DNA of 44,877 nt from NCBI GenBank assembly GCA_964368385.1, contig CAYJAG010000002.1, positions 1 through 44,877 of the forward strand, given 5' to 3'. The DNA is from an uncultured Muribaculaceae bacterium. GTDB lineage: Bacteria; Pseudomonadota; Alphaproteobacteria; Rs-D84. The notes under the pieces are model-generated. The model was given only the letters and a program-made list of their open reading frames with translations. It was not told the origin of the DNA and did no database searches. Below, piece after piece: positions 15,666 through 24,749 of this stretch (position 1 is its first letter; the number at the start of each line of letters is the position of its first letter). The translations under genes were made by a program, and so were the position numbers.

Positions 15666-16598
15666 ATGCCAAGACTGATTTATACGCCAAAAAAGGCGAA
15701 AACTTTCGGGTTTTTTAAATGCGCTGCCGTATTTCTGGCCGCAGTGTTTCCGTTCGCAACTGACGCGGCTGGTGAGGTTCAAACTATTTATACCGAAGTT
15801 CCAGCGGCTTCTTATTCTGCGCGCCCAGACGATCCTAACTTTGTACCAGAAGTTGAGTTCATGCAGCGCACAGATTCACTGAATTATGATGAAAATATAA
15901 TTGCAGCTCAAAGCGAACAAGCTACAGCCATGCCAGGCGTACGCTTTACAGACAGACCGGCGGTCGTATGTCGTGATTTTGGATGCACTCGCCTGAACGA
16001 TAGGATTACCCGGACTTTCTTGTTTAATAGTCTTGCCGGGATATTTATGACTAATACAAATTCGCGTGTTTCGGTATGTGAGGCGGATCCGTTTTCCCGT
16101 GTGTGTCTGCAATCAGGAATCAGCTTTCCTGTGCGAGTTGGTATTGCAAACGCATTAGTAAAAATTCCGAAAGCTACAATTACCCAAGTTAATATATCAA
16201 CTGGGCTGTCCAAAGCGACCATCGGGATGAGCTATGAGTTCCTTGTGAACGGAATCAATGTCCAATGTGCGCCAGCGTTAGTTGATGTAATAATTCCTGC
16301 AAATTCCCAGGCTACCCTGGCCACTCGTGAATTTTCATGCAATATGACCACCGATGGACTGACCAATGTTTCATTGCTGATAAATGTCGATTACATAGAC
16401 TTGGATTTTGGTCTGATTGGCGGTTACTATTCATTGGGATTACAAGGACCGGCGATTGGCGGCGGCACTGGATACGCATTGTTCAAGGTAGAGTTTGCTA
16501 ACAAGGGTATGAAGATGAAGGCAAGCGGTATAGATGATCCCCAGGATTATCTGACTATTCAGCCCGGAGAATATGCGGTAGAGCCGGTGCAGAAATAA
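15666..16598 (+). CDS. Secreted protein, no family recognised
   Basis: The track ORF starts at a TTG (15642). The in-frame ATG at 15666 gives MPRLIYTPKKAKTFGFFKCAAVFLAAVFPFATDAAG, an n-region plus h-region signal. About 310 aa and beta-rich in appearance, with several Cys. Confidence 0.68.
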   Translation: MPRLIYTPKKAKTFGFFKCAAVFLAAVFPFATDAAGEVQTIYTEVPAASYSARPDDPNFVPEVEFMQRTDSLNYDENIIAAQSEQATAMPGVRFTDRPAVVCRDFGCTRLNDRITRTFLFNSLAGIFMTNTNSRVSVCEADPFSRVCLQSGISFPVRVGIANALVKIPKATITQVNISTGLSKATIGMSYEFLVNGINVQCAPALVDVIIPANSQATLATREFSCNMTTDGLTNVSLLINVDYIDLDFGLIGGYYSLGLQGPAIGGGTGYALFKVEFANKGMKMKASGIDDPQDYLTIQPGEYAVEPVQK

Positions 16599-16614
16599 TA
16601 ACATTAACCACCGC

Positions 16615-16631
16615 CCCCTCTGCCAGAGGGG
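16615..16631. promoter_or_regulatory. GC-rich palindrome/hairpin overlapping the response-regulator ribosome-binding site
   Basis: CCCCTCTG-C-CAGAGGGG. Folded as CCCCTC-TGCCA-GAGGGG, it lies 17 nt after the upstream stop. Its 3' arm GAGGGG is the only Shine-Dalgarno-like sequence before ATG 16639. Confidence 0.35.
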
Positions 16632-16638
16632 AATAAAT

Positions 16639-17253
16639 ATGAACAAAACCATTCTTATTATTGATGATGATGATGTGTTGCGCAGCAGCCTGGCCAAGGG
16701 TTTGCGGACCGAAGGTTTTGCCGTGATAACGGCCGAGTCGGCCGAGTCCGGATCGCAAATACTGGACAGGGTATCCGCAGACGCTATCGTTCTGGACAGG
16801 ATGATGGGCGGGCGAGATGGACTGACTTTCCTGCAGGACATTCGTGCCAGTGGCGATCGGACACCGGTTATTATGCTGACGGCCATGTCAGGGCCTGAAA
16901 ATGCGATTGCGGGACTTTCTGGCGGGGCGGATGATTACTTGTCAAAGCCGTTCCAGTTGAAAGAGTTGATTTTGCGCCTTAAAAAAATAATGCGGGATGC
17001 CACAGGCGGTGTGGCGACGAATTTGCCCGATGGACTTGCATTTTCGGATAATGAGTTCTATATTAATGGAAAGTTGCTGGGGTTGTCAGGGGCTGAAAAA
17101 GAATTGTTGAAAACCTTGACACATCCGGTTGGAACAACCGATGCAGCGGCCCCAATGGTCGCAAAGCGGCTGCGGGAAAAGCTGGGGCGCATATTGCCCA
17201 GCACTGAATTGGCTACAATACGTGGCAAAGGATATAAACTGGTGGTAAAGTGA
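16639..17253 (+). CDS. OmpR-family response regulator with shortened winged-helix output domain
   Basis: 204 aa. Receiver motifs ILIIDDDD, IVLDRMMGGRDG and DDYLSKPF. The C-terminus keeps LSGAEKELLKTL, AKRLREKL and IRGKGYKLV, but the segment between them is shorter than usual. Confidence 0.88.
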   Translation: MNKTILIIDDDDVLRSSLAKGLRTEGFAVITAESAESGSQILDRVSADAIVLDRMMGGRDGLTFLQDIRASGDRTPVIMLTAMSGPENAIAGLSGGADDYLSKPFQLKELILRLKKIMRDATGGVATNLPDGLAFSDNEFYINGKLLGLSGAEKELLKTLTHPVGTTDAAAPMVAKRLREKLGRILPSTELATIRGKGYKLVVK

Positions 17254-18527
17254 AATTATTTCCAAGATCTTTTTTGTGGCGGACCGTTTTAATTATAATG
17301 CTGCCCTTGATTGTGGCGCAAATAATCATGGCGAATGTTTTCTTTGGAAATCATTGGGAGCGTGTGCATGCGTCAATGGCCCGCTCTTTATCCGGCGAAA
17401 TTGCAACAATGCTGAATCTTTCCGATAGTGGGAATGAGTATGCTGTTGCAACCATGGCGCGAGATACCGGAATCAATGTTTCTATAAATGAGCGCTTGAA
17501 TCGCCCGCGTAAAAATGACAATGACTCGCGCGAGGCTGGACGACTGGCCCAGGACTTGAAATCAAAGTTGCAAGCTCCGGTAAAAATTTATATTGATCGT
17601 GACAACCGTTTGCTGTACGTGGATGTACCGCGTGATGGTAAAATAATGACTTTTGCAACATCTTTGCGTCGTGTTTATTCCACCAGTACCGAGGTGTTTA
17701 TAATATGGTTGATAGGATCTGTCGTAATAGTCGGAATTTTGGTTGCGCCTTTTATCATCCTGCACACTCGTTCTATTCATAGAATTGCGCGCGCTGCGAA
17801 TAAGTTTGGGCGCGGGCTGGATGACCCAAATTTCAAACCAATGGGAAGTCGCGAAATTCGCGAAGCCAGTCACGCATTGATTTTGATGAAAGAGCGCTTG
17901 AACCGCTATAACAGAACTCGTACAGATATGCTGAATGCGGTCAGTCATGATTTGAAAGCACCTTTGGCGCGTATGCGTTTGGCGGTTGAAACTGACAGCG
18001 TTGAAAAAGACGGGCTTTTGCGCGACATTGACCGGATGGCTGAAATGGTAAATGGTTATCTGGCTTTTGCTCGTGGGGAAATTCCTGAAATAGAACAAGA
18101 AATCTCTCTGCCCCCAATGCTGACGCGCATCGCTCGCGATGCGGTTGGTAAAAAGAAGTTAGAAACAGATTTTCCTGCCGCTGCTGCGCAATTCTATGCG
18201 CGCCCAACTGCACTGGCCAGTGCGTTCCAAAATGTTATTGAAAATGCTGCACGACATGCTAACAAAAAAATCGCTATCGCTGAGCATGATGATTTGGACT
18301 CGGTAGAAATAACCATAGATGACGATGGTGCTGGAATACCTGTGGACAAGCGCGCTGATGCATTGCGTCCTTTTATAAGGCTTGATGCAGCGCGAGGCAA
18401 AGATACCGGTGGAACAGGTTTGGGATTGTCCATCGCACAAACGGCGATTGAAAACCACGGCGGACAGCTGAGTCTAGAGGATTCCCCCCTGGGTGGTCTG
18501 CGGGTTCGTATAATCTTGCCGATTTAG
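17250..18527 (+). CDS. EnvZ-like sensor histidine kinase
   Basis: 425 aa with a GTG start overlapping the regulator stop (GTGA). Two TMs and a HAMP-like segment. H-box SHDLKAPLARM, N-box NVIENAARHA, G1 DDDGAGIP, G2 GTGLGLSIA. Confidence 0.9.
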   Translation: MKLFPRSFLWRTVLIIMLPLIVAQIIMANVFFGNHWERVHASMARSLSGEIATMLNLSDSGNEYAVATMARDTGINVSINERLNRPRKNDNDSREAGRLAQDLKSKLQAPVKIYIDRDNRLLYVDVPRDGKIMTFATSLRRVYSTSTEVFIIWLIGSVVIVGILVAPFIILHTRSIHRIARAANKFGRGLDDPNFKPMGSREIREASHALILMKERLNRYNRTRTDMLNAVSHDLKAPLARMRLAVETDSVEKDGLLRDIDRMAEMVNGYLAFARGEIPEIEQEISLPPMLTRIARDAVGKKKLETDFPAAAAQFYARPTALASAFQNVIENAARHANKKIAIAEHDDLDSVEITIDDDGAGIPVDKRADALRPFIRLDAARGKDTGGTGLGLSIAQTAIENHGGQLSLEDSPLGGLRVRIILPI

Positions 18528-18529
18528 AA

Positions 18530-19303
18530 ATGAAAAAAATCGCCAAAATTTCTGTTGTAATTCCGATGCACAATTCCGAACAATATATCGGCCAGTGTCT
18601 GGATTCTGTGTTTTCGCAGACTTATCAAAATTTGGAAGTCATAGTCGTTGATGACGGCAGCACAGATAAAAGCGCCAGCATTGCAAAGGCGCGTGGCGCA
18701 AAAATTATCAAGCAAAAAAACATGGGCGTTTCGGTCGCACGGAATACCGGTTTAGATGCGGCAACGGGTCAGTTTTTGCACTTTATTGATGCAGACGACA
18801 AGCTTGCAAATTCGGATTTTTATGAAAAAGTTATGGCGGGCATTTCAGATTCAGACATTGCTGTTGTTGGTGTCATTGATGAAAAGTATGGCGACGCGCC
18901 GGTTGAAAAATTTAATCGCACGCGGATTTATCGCACAAAGCAATCAAAAATAAGTATCAGTAAAGTTGCGCGGCGTCCGGCTGTCTGGCGCTTTGTTTTC
19001 CGTCGCGATTTTTTATTAAAGAATAATTTAAGGTTCGAACTCGGCCGCGTAACCAGTCAGGATGTTATGTTTACCATCCCAGCTGTTTTTTATGCACGGG
19101 CGATTTCAACAATACCGGGGGCTTTTTATTGGTACAGACGTGCGCCACAGGGCGCGATGCGTGACCCTGCCCGCGCAAACGCACGGACCCAGAATAAAAA
19201 AATAGTCTGGGATCGCGCGGTTCAATTTGCGGTGCAAAATCATTTCTTTTTGGGATTTCGCCGCAGTTTTTTCAAATGGGTAAAACTGATTATCAAGTCC
19301 TGA
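18530..19303 (+). CDS. Family-2 glycosyltransferase
   Basis: 257 aa. SVVIPMHNSEQYIGQCLDSVFSQTYQNLEVIVVDDGSTDKS and FIDADDKL (DxD) are GT2 signatures. Confidence 0.88.
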   Translation: MKKIAKISVVIPMHNSEQYIGQCLDSVFSQTYQNLEVIVVDDGSTDKSASIAKARGAKIIKQKNMGVSVARNTGLDAATGQFLHFIDADDKLANSDFYEKVMAGISDSDIAVVGVIDEKYGDAPVEKFNRTRIYRTKQSKISISKVARRPAVWRFVFRRDFLLKNNLRFELGRVTSQDVMFTIPAVFYARAISTIPGAFYWYRRAPQGAMRDPARANARTQNKKIVWDRAVQFAVQNHFFLGFRRSFFKWVKLIIKS

Positions 19304-19306
19304 AAT

Positions 19307-20119
19307 TTAATATCTATTGCGACTGGCATAATTACGACCAACGTAATTTATGTATCCATCACGACAATGTTTTAGATTAACCCTTTTCCATTCCAGGCTG
19401 TAGATATTAGTTTCTTCATATTTGATGTTATTTTCAATCATCAAAGAAACTACTTTTATCAACTTGTTTTTAGAATTATAAGAAATTGCAGTTTTGTGTC
19501 TGGTTTTGTAATTATCGGTCCAATCACAGACAAGTTTTATCGGAAAGTCTTTTTGTTTTCTTTTATGAGACAGGTCAAATACTCGGATAATTGGCTTTCT
19601 GTCACCCAGTTGTTTATAGCATTTTTCATGTACCAATGAACATTCTTCCGATGTTTCTTCATTAGATAAAAGTTCACCGCACAATGCACATACTCCAATA
19701 ATAGCTTTGTCTTTCAAAGCCATCAAGAATGTATTTTCTAAAAAATCTATTGGTTGTTTGTTTTTGTTTTTAGAATATTTCTTAGATTTGCGGCTTGATG
19801 GTATTGGTAGAGGAATTTCCTCTGGTTGAACATCATTTTCCGGTTCAATGTATTTTTGTTGATTGGATTCTGATTGAAGGTTATACAGCTTAACATATTT
19901 TGGTTTAGCATCTTTTTTTATTAGAGAAGAAGGTTTAGAGGCGTGGATCACCTCTTTGCAAAGATCTATTGCATTTGCAGCCTCTAGATAACTTTTATAA
20001 AATATGATAGTTTTTTCTATGCAGTTACGTTGAGTGTAAAACCATTGAACATAATAACGCCCAGCTTTGTTGGTGCAAGGGCCTTTTATTTTACATACAG
20101 CTGAATAAGGGATGCTCAT
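19307..20119 (-). CDS. Orphan protein with possible AP2-like N-terminal DNA-binding fold and a Cys/His cluster
   Basis: 270 aa and visibly AT-rich. GRYYVQWFYTQRNCIEKTIIFYKSYLEAANAIDL resembles the AP2 pattern (three strands plus an EA-A helix). A K/S/P-rich linker follows. CALCGELLSNEETSEECSLVHEKC resembles a zinc-ribbon motif. ATGA overlap with the upstream ORF. Confidence 0.58.
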   Translation of the reverse strand: MSIPYSAVCKIKGPCTNKAGRYYVQWFYTQRNCIEKTIIFYKSYLEAANAIDLCKEVIHASKPSSLIKKDAKPKYVKLYNLQSESNQQKYIEPENDVQPEEIPLPIPSSRKSKKYSKNKNKQPIDFLENTFLMALKDKAIIGVCALCGELLSNEETSEECSLVHEKCYKQLGDRKPIIRVFDLSHKRKQKDFPIKLVCDWTDNYKTRHKTAISYNSKNKLIKVVSLMIENNIKYEETNIYSLEWKRVNLKHCRDGYINYVGRNYASRNRY

Positions 20120-20382
20120 CTTGTTTTTTCCAATTTTTGTTTGTATTTGGTTAGTTTGTTCTGAACAGATTTTAAGACCTGTTTGGTTGGGTTGTTTGTT
20201 TTTAGTTGTCTTTCCAGTTTGTTTAATAAAGTTATAGTTCCAATTCCTCGTTTGCCGGCATTGTTGGCCATTGCCTTTAATACCAAAATTTGTGCAATCA
20301 ATTCATCGGCCAAAATTTCTTCTTCGGATACTTTTGTGCCATAGTGTTGATTTAAATAATTTTTTCGAATGTCATTTGCCAT
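20116..20382 (-). CDS. Small helical orphan protein
   Basis: 88 aa and K/E/L-rich. The start codon lies 11 nt inside the 3' end of the LysM gene, and there is a 4-nt overlap with the next ORF. Composition is AT-rich. Confidence 0.5.
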   Translation of the reverse strand: MANDIRKNYLNQHYGTKVSEEEILADELIAQILVLKAMANNAGKRGIGTITLLNKLERQLKTNNPTKQVLKSVQNKLTKYKQKLEKTR

Positions 20383-21529
20383 TGTTCACCGGAATTTGCA
20401 GTTTTTGTTTTGGGTATATTAAATTAGGATTTTCTATATTGTTTTTTTCCGCAATCATTGTATATCGAATTCCGCGCCCCAGAAAATTCCGTGCGATAAT
20501 CCACAGGCTGTCATCGCGGCGCACCATATACCAAGTGTCATCCCCAGGCTGCATTTGCGGCATTGTAAAATTATGACGGATTGCTGCGGCTGTGCGCCCA
20601 CTGCCATCATGCATACGTACCCGCAGAACATATTCGCGCCCAGGCTCTAATGTTCCCACATTTGCGCCGATGCCAAAATTTTTGTGGTCGGACACGTGCG
20701 CCATTCCAATAGGCTGTCCATCCAAGGTCATTGTAACGCGGGTACGCGGAATTGCGCTGCCCTGCACTACTATCCGTCCATTTTCCAAGTAATCAATTTT
20801 ACTGACGTTCAGATCGCCGCTTTGCAGTCTTGGTTTTTGCAGGAATCTAGATCCATCCTTGGCCATCAGTAATGACATGGAATCAGTTCCGCGCTGGGAA
20901 ACATAAACGAATACATCTTCGGCCGAATCTAACGCTTGATTCACACCAGAAAGGCGGATTGCATAGTTGCCAGCTGGGAATGCCTTGTTGGGGGAATATA
21001 CAAATTCGCCGTGCTCATTTGTTTGTTCGGTCGCGACCATTTTACCATTGATTTTTATAGATACGGCATTGCTGGGCAACCAGCGTCCAGCGACTATGAT
21101 TTTTCCACTTTTATCAATTCTTACCATGTCGAATGTCGGGGCTTGTAACACAGCTTGGGTTTCAGTTGTTTGAACAGGTTGAATAGTTGGTTCTGGGACA
21201 GCCGTTGGCGCGACAAAGCATCGTGGAACAACAATTACATAAATCGTCATTAAAATAACAGCCGCAACGCACAGAATTGGAAACCAATAAGCCAACAGCC
21301 AATGACGCGTTTTTGATTGCACTTTGCGTCCAATTTTTTTCTTTGGTTTTGCAGGTGCGCCAGTTTTTGTTTTTGCAAAAATGTTCAGAGTATGCAGAAT
21401 GCTGGATGCAATAACACTGCGTCTGGCCATCCAGCTGCTTTGGCGGCTGACAGCGGCATCAATCATCTTATTGGTGGATTTTTTTGTCTTGCTAAGTTCG
21501 GGGGTTTGTTTTTTCTTATTAAACCACAT
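20372..21529 (-). CDS. LysM-domain peptidoglycan-binding membrane protein
   Basis: Internal ATG at 21529 (AAGGG 9 nt upstream) gives MWFNKKKQ... with a K-rich cytoplasmic head. TM is WLLAYWFPILCVAAVILMTIYVIVV, followed by beta-rich repeats. The C-terminal LysM is YMVRRDDSLWIIARNFLGRGIRYTMIAEKNNIENPNLIYPKQKLQIP. The track start at 21736 would run into the pfk gene. Confidence 0.8.
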   Translation of the reverse strand: MWFNKKKQTPELSKTKKSTNKMIDAAVSRQSSWMARRSVIASSILHTLNIFAKTKTGAPAKPKKKIGRKVQSKTRHWLLAYWFPILCVAAVILMTIYVIVVPRCFVAPTAVPEPTIQPVQTTETQAVLQAPTFDMVRIDKSGKIIVAGRWLPSNAVSIKINGKMVATEQTNEHGEFVYSPNKAFPAGNYAIRLSGVNQALDSAEDVFVYVSQRGTDSMSLLMAKDGSRFLQKPRLQSGDLNVSKIDYLENGRIVVQGSAIPRTRVTMTLDGQPIGMAHVSDHKNFGIGANVGTLEPGREYVLRVRMHDGSGRTAAAIRHNFTMPQMQPGDDTWYMVRRDDSLWIIARNFLGRGIRYTMIAEKNNIENPNLIYPKQKLQIPVNNGK

Positions 21530-21653
21530 AGGCGAGCCCTTTCTAAGGTTATAATTCCTTTGTATTCTCTCGCCCTCGCCCGTAATACTAGCCAAAATAA
21601 ATTTTATTGTCAATCCAAATTGTGGTAGAATGCAAGATGATAAAGGAACTGGC

Positions 21654-22733
21654 ATGAAAAAAATAGGAATTATGACAACTGGTGGCGATTGCAGCGGATT
21701 AAACGCAGTTATCATGCGCTTGGTTGCTGGTGGCATTGCACGTGGGCATCAAATGTTTGGGATAATTGATGGCACTGATGGGCTGATACAAAATCCCCAG
21801 TCCATGATACCATTGGATTGCGATCGCCCACCTATAGAGTATTTAAGTCTGGCTGGCAGTTTTTTGCGAAACGGCAATGCCGCGGTTGAAAATTTTAACT
21901 CTGCCGCACGCACCGGAAAAATGAAGGAATTCCAAAATAAAATCAAAAAAGCGATCGAGAAAACAGACTTGGACGCATTGGTTGTGGTTGGTGGAAATGG
22001 CAGTTTAAGCTTGGCCTATCAACATCGCGCGATTTATTCGGGCTTGCAGCTGGTTTGTATTCCCAAGACAATAGACATGGACATCCCGCTGACGGAAAGA
22101 ACATTGGGATTCGAAACTGCCGTGCAGCAGCTGACCCAGTTCTGTGACCAGCTGATGCTGACTGCGCGTTCGCATCATCGTTGGTTTGTTGTCCAGGCGA
22201 TGGGTCGCAATACTGGGCATCTGGCGTTGCATGCAGGGTTGGCAGCGGGGGCCGAGGCTGTTTTAATTCCTGAAATAAAATTTTCACCAGAAGTATTGGC
22301 AAAACATTTGCAAAATTCCGCGCGTGATTATGGAATTGTCATTGTGGCCGAGGGTGTTCGTATGCGCGGACATTCAGGGGAAGCGGCAGAAATGGTTGCA
22401 AGGGAATTAAAAAAGCATGGATTTGCAGTTCGCATCGCGATGCCAGAACATACCCAACGTGTCGGTATAACGACTGCGACTGACAGAATTCTTGCGGCGC
22501 GTTTTGCAACGGCCGCGCTGGATGCGATAGACAACAACGAAACCTATGTTATGACTGCATTGGTTGATGGAATGGTGAAAAGTGTTCCTTTGTCCGAAAT
22601 GGTTACATCCGGGGAAATTTTGCCGGATCCGAACATACCGGATATGAGTGTAGCTAACGCGTTTGTTCCGTTGGACAGCCCTTTGCTTGCCACGGCGGTT
22701 TCAATGGGCGTGTATGTTGGAGAGATAAAATGA
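21654..22733 (+). CDS. pfk: 6-phosphofructokinase-family enzyme (ATP versus PPi dependence not decidable here)
   Basis: ATG at 21654 with AAGGA 8 nt upstream and an extended -10 TGGTAGAAT upstream. Motifs are MKKIGIMTTGGDCSGLNAV, VVVGGNGSL, PKTIDMDI and MGRNTGHLAL. Confidence 0.87.
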   Translation: MKKIGIMTTGGDCSGLNAVIMRLVAGGIARGHQMFGIIDGTDGLIQNPQSMIPLDCDRPPIEYLSLAGSFLRNGNAAVENFNSAARTGKMKEFQNKIKKAIEKTDLDALVVVGGNGSLSLAYQHRAIYSGLQLVCIPKTIDMDIPLTERTLGFETAVQQLTQFCDQLMLTARSHHRWFVVQAMGRNTGHLALHAGLAAGAEAVLIPEIKFSPEVLAKHLQNSARDYGIVIVAEGVRMRGHSGEAAEMVARELKKHGFAVRIAMPEHTQRVGITTATDRILAARFATAALDAIDNNETYVMTALVDGMVKSVPLSEMVTSGEILPDPNIPDMSVANAFVPLDSPLLATAVSMGVYVGEIK

Positions 22734-22742
22734 AAGTCACCC

Positions 22743-22772
22743 CTTGACTGGGGAATTTTTTTAACTATATTC
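22743..22772 (+). promoter_or_regulatory. Sigma32 (RpoH)-like heat-shock promoter upstream of dnaK
   Basis: CCCTTGAC (-35), 16 nt, then CTATATTC (-10-like). This resembles the CTTGAA / CCCCAT-type and alphaproteobacterial CYTAT-type RpoH consensus. AAGGAG SD lies at 22786-22791. Confidence 0.5.
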
Positions 22773-22800
22773 GCAGATGCAAATTAAGGAGTAAAAAACA

Positions 22801-24681
22801 ATGTCAAAAGTATTGGGAATTGATTTGGGGACAACCAACAGCGCTATGGCCTTTATGGAGGGCGCAGACCCAAAGATTATTGAAAATGCCGAGGGCCAGC
22901 GCACTACGCCGTCTGTTGTCGCGTTTGCATCAAATGGTGAACAACTGGTCGGAATTACCGCAAAAAATCAAGCGGTTACCAATCCAACAAATACAGTTTA
23001 TGAAATCAAGCGTCTGATGGGTCTGCGTTTTGACTCACCCGAGGTAAAAGAAATCCAAAAGCATATTCCATATAAAATTGTCGCTGGCGACAATACTGGG
23101 GACGCTTGGGTTGAAATTGATGGTAAAAAATACGCCCCGTCGCAAATCAGCGCAATTATTTTGGGCAAATTGAAAAAAGATGCAGAAAGCTATTTGGGTG
23201 AAAAAATCACTGATGCTGTTATAACCGTCCCTGCATATTTTAATGACGCGCAACGCCAGGCAACAAAAGACGCTGGTCGTATTGCAGGCTTGAATGTTTT
23301 GCGTATTGTTAACGAACCAACAGCCGCCGCACTGGCGTATGGTATGGATAAAAACAAGAATGGAATCGTTGCAGTTTATGATTTGGGTGGTGGAACATTT
23401 GATATATCCATTTTGGAAATTATTGATGGCGTGTTCGAGGTTAAATCTACAAACGGCGATACAATGCTGGGTGGTGCGGACTTTGACGCGCGTATCTTGC
23501 AACACTTGATTGCAGAATTCAAAGCGCAAAGCGGAATTGACATCAGTTCTGATAAACTGGCATTACAACGCTTGAAAGAAGCAGCTGAAAAGGCAAAGAT
23601 TGAATTGTCCAGCAAAACATCAACCGACATCAACCTGCCCTTTTTAACCGCGAATGCATCTGGACCGGTGCATTTTAATACAACACTTTCGCGCGCTAAA
23701 TTGGAATCTTTGGTTGCGGATTTAATTGAGCGCACCATTGAACCATGCAAAAAAGCATTGAAAGACGCAGGCGTTGAAAAATCCCAAATTAATGAGGTCA
23801 TCTTGGTCGGTGGTCAAACCCGTATGCCAAAGGTTATGGAAGTCGTCAAAGAATTCTTTGGACGCGAACCACACAAAGGTGTCAACCCCGACGAAGTCGT
23901 TGCACTTGGCGCGGCAATTCAGGGCGGAGTTCTGAAAGGCGACGTAAAAGATGTTTTGCTTTTGGATGTTACCCCATTGTCATTGGGAATTGAAACCTTG
24001 GGCGGAGTTTTTACACGCTTGATAGACAGAAACACTACAATCCCGACCAAAAAATCCCAAGTCTTTTCAACCGCCGAAGATAATCAGAATGCGGTTACGA
24101 TTCGCGTATTCCAGGGCGAACGCGAAATGGCGGCGGACAACAAAATGCTGGGTCAATTTAACTTGGAAGGTATTGCACCTGCCCCACGTGGTATGCCCCA
24201 GATAGAGGTGTCGTTTGACATAGACGCGAACGGAATTGTTCATGTGTCGGCCAAGGATAAAGGCACGGGCAAAGAACAAATGATTTCAATTAAATCTGAT
24301 GGCGGTCTGTCCGAAGAAGAAATCAAGAAAATGATGGCCGAGGCCGAAGTGAACGCCGAAGCCGATCGTAAAAAACGTGAATTGGCCGAAGCAAAAAATC
24401 AGGCTGAAACCGCGGTCTTTGCGACTGAAAAATCATTGAAGGAACACGGGGATAAAGTTGACGCAGCAACCCGAGATGCGATTGAAGCTGATAAGAAAGC
24501 GTTAAGCGAAGAACTGGCAAAATCTGATGCAACTGCGGAAAGCCTGAAGACGGCAACTGAAAAATTGACCGAGTCCGCAATGAAGCTGGGTGAAGCAATT
24601 TACAAGGCGCAGCAAGCCGAAGCCAAGTCAGAAGAAAAACCTGACGATGGTGTAAAGGACGCCGAAGCTACGGAAAAATAA
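22801..24681 (+). CDS. dnaK: Molecular chaperone DnaK (Hsp70)
   Basis: 626 aa. [28 protein letters not shown] and the full substrate-binding and lid domains. Confidence 0.97.
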   Translation: MSKVLGIDLGTTNSAMAFMEGADPKIIENAEGQRTTPSVVAFASNGEQLVGITAKNQAVTNPTNTVYEIKRLMGLRFDSPEVKEIQKHIPYKIVAGDNTGDAWVEIDGKKYAPSQISAIILGKLKKDAESYLGEKITDAVITVPAYFNDAQRQATKDAGRIAGLNVLRIVNEPTAAALAYGMDKNKNGIVAVYDLGGGTFDISILEIIDGVFEVKSTNGDTMLGGADFDARILQHLIAEFKAQSGIDISSDKLALQRLKEAAEKAKIELSSKTSTDINLPFLTANASGPVHFNTTLSRAKLESLVADLIERTIEPCKKALKDAGVEKSQINEVILVGGQTRMPKVMEVVKEFFGREPHKGVNPDEVVALGAAIQGGVLKGDVKDVLLLDVTPLSLGIETLGGVFTRLIDRNTTIPTKKSQVFSTAEDNQNAVTIRVFQGEREMAADNKMLGQFNLEGIAPAPRGMPQIEVSFDIDANGIVHVSAKDKGTGKEQMISIKSDGGLSEEEIKKMMAEAEVNAEADRKKRELAEAKNQAETAVFATEKSLKEHGDKVDAATRDAIEADKKALSEELAKSDATAESLKTATEKLTESAMKLGEAIYKAQQAEAKSEEKPDDGVKDAEATEK

Positions 24682-24698
24682 AAACTTTAAAAGTTTAT

Positions 24699-24727
24699 GG
24701 GCAATGTAAAAAACATTGCCCTTTTTC
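24699..24727 (+). terminator. Intrinsic terminator after dnaK
   Basis: GGGCAATGT-AAAAA-ACATTGCCC followed by TTTTT. Confidence 0.65.
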
Positions 24728-24749
24728 ATTTTTACTCTATAATAATCTT

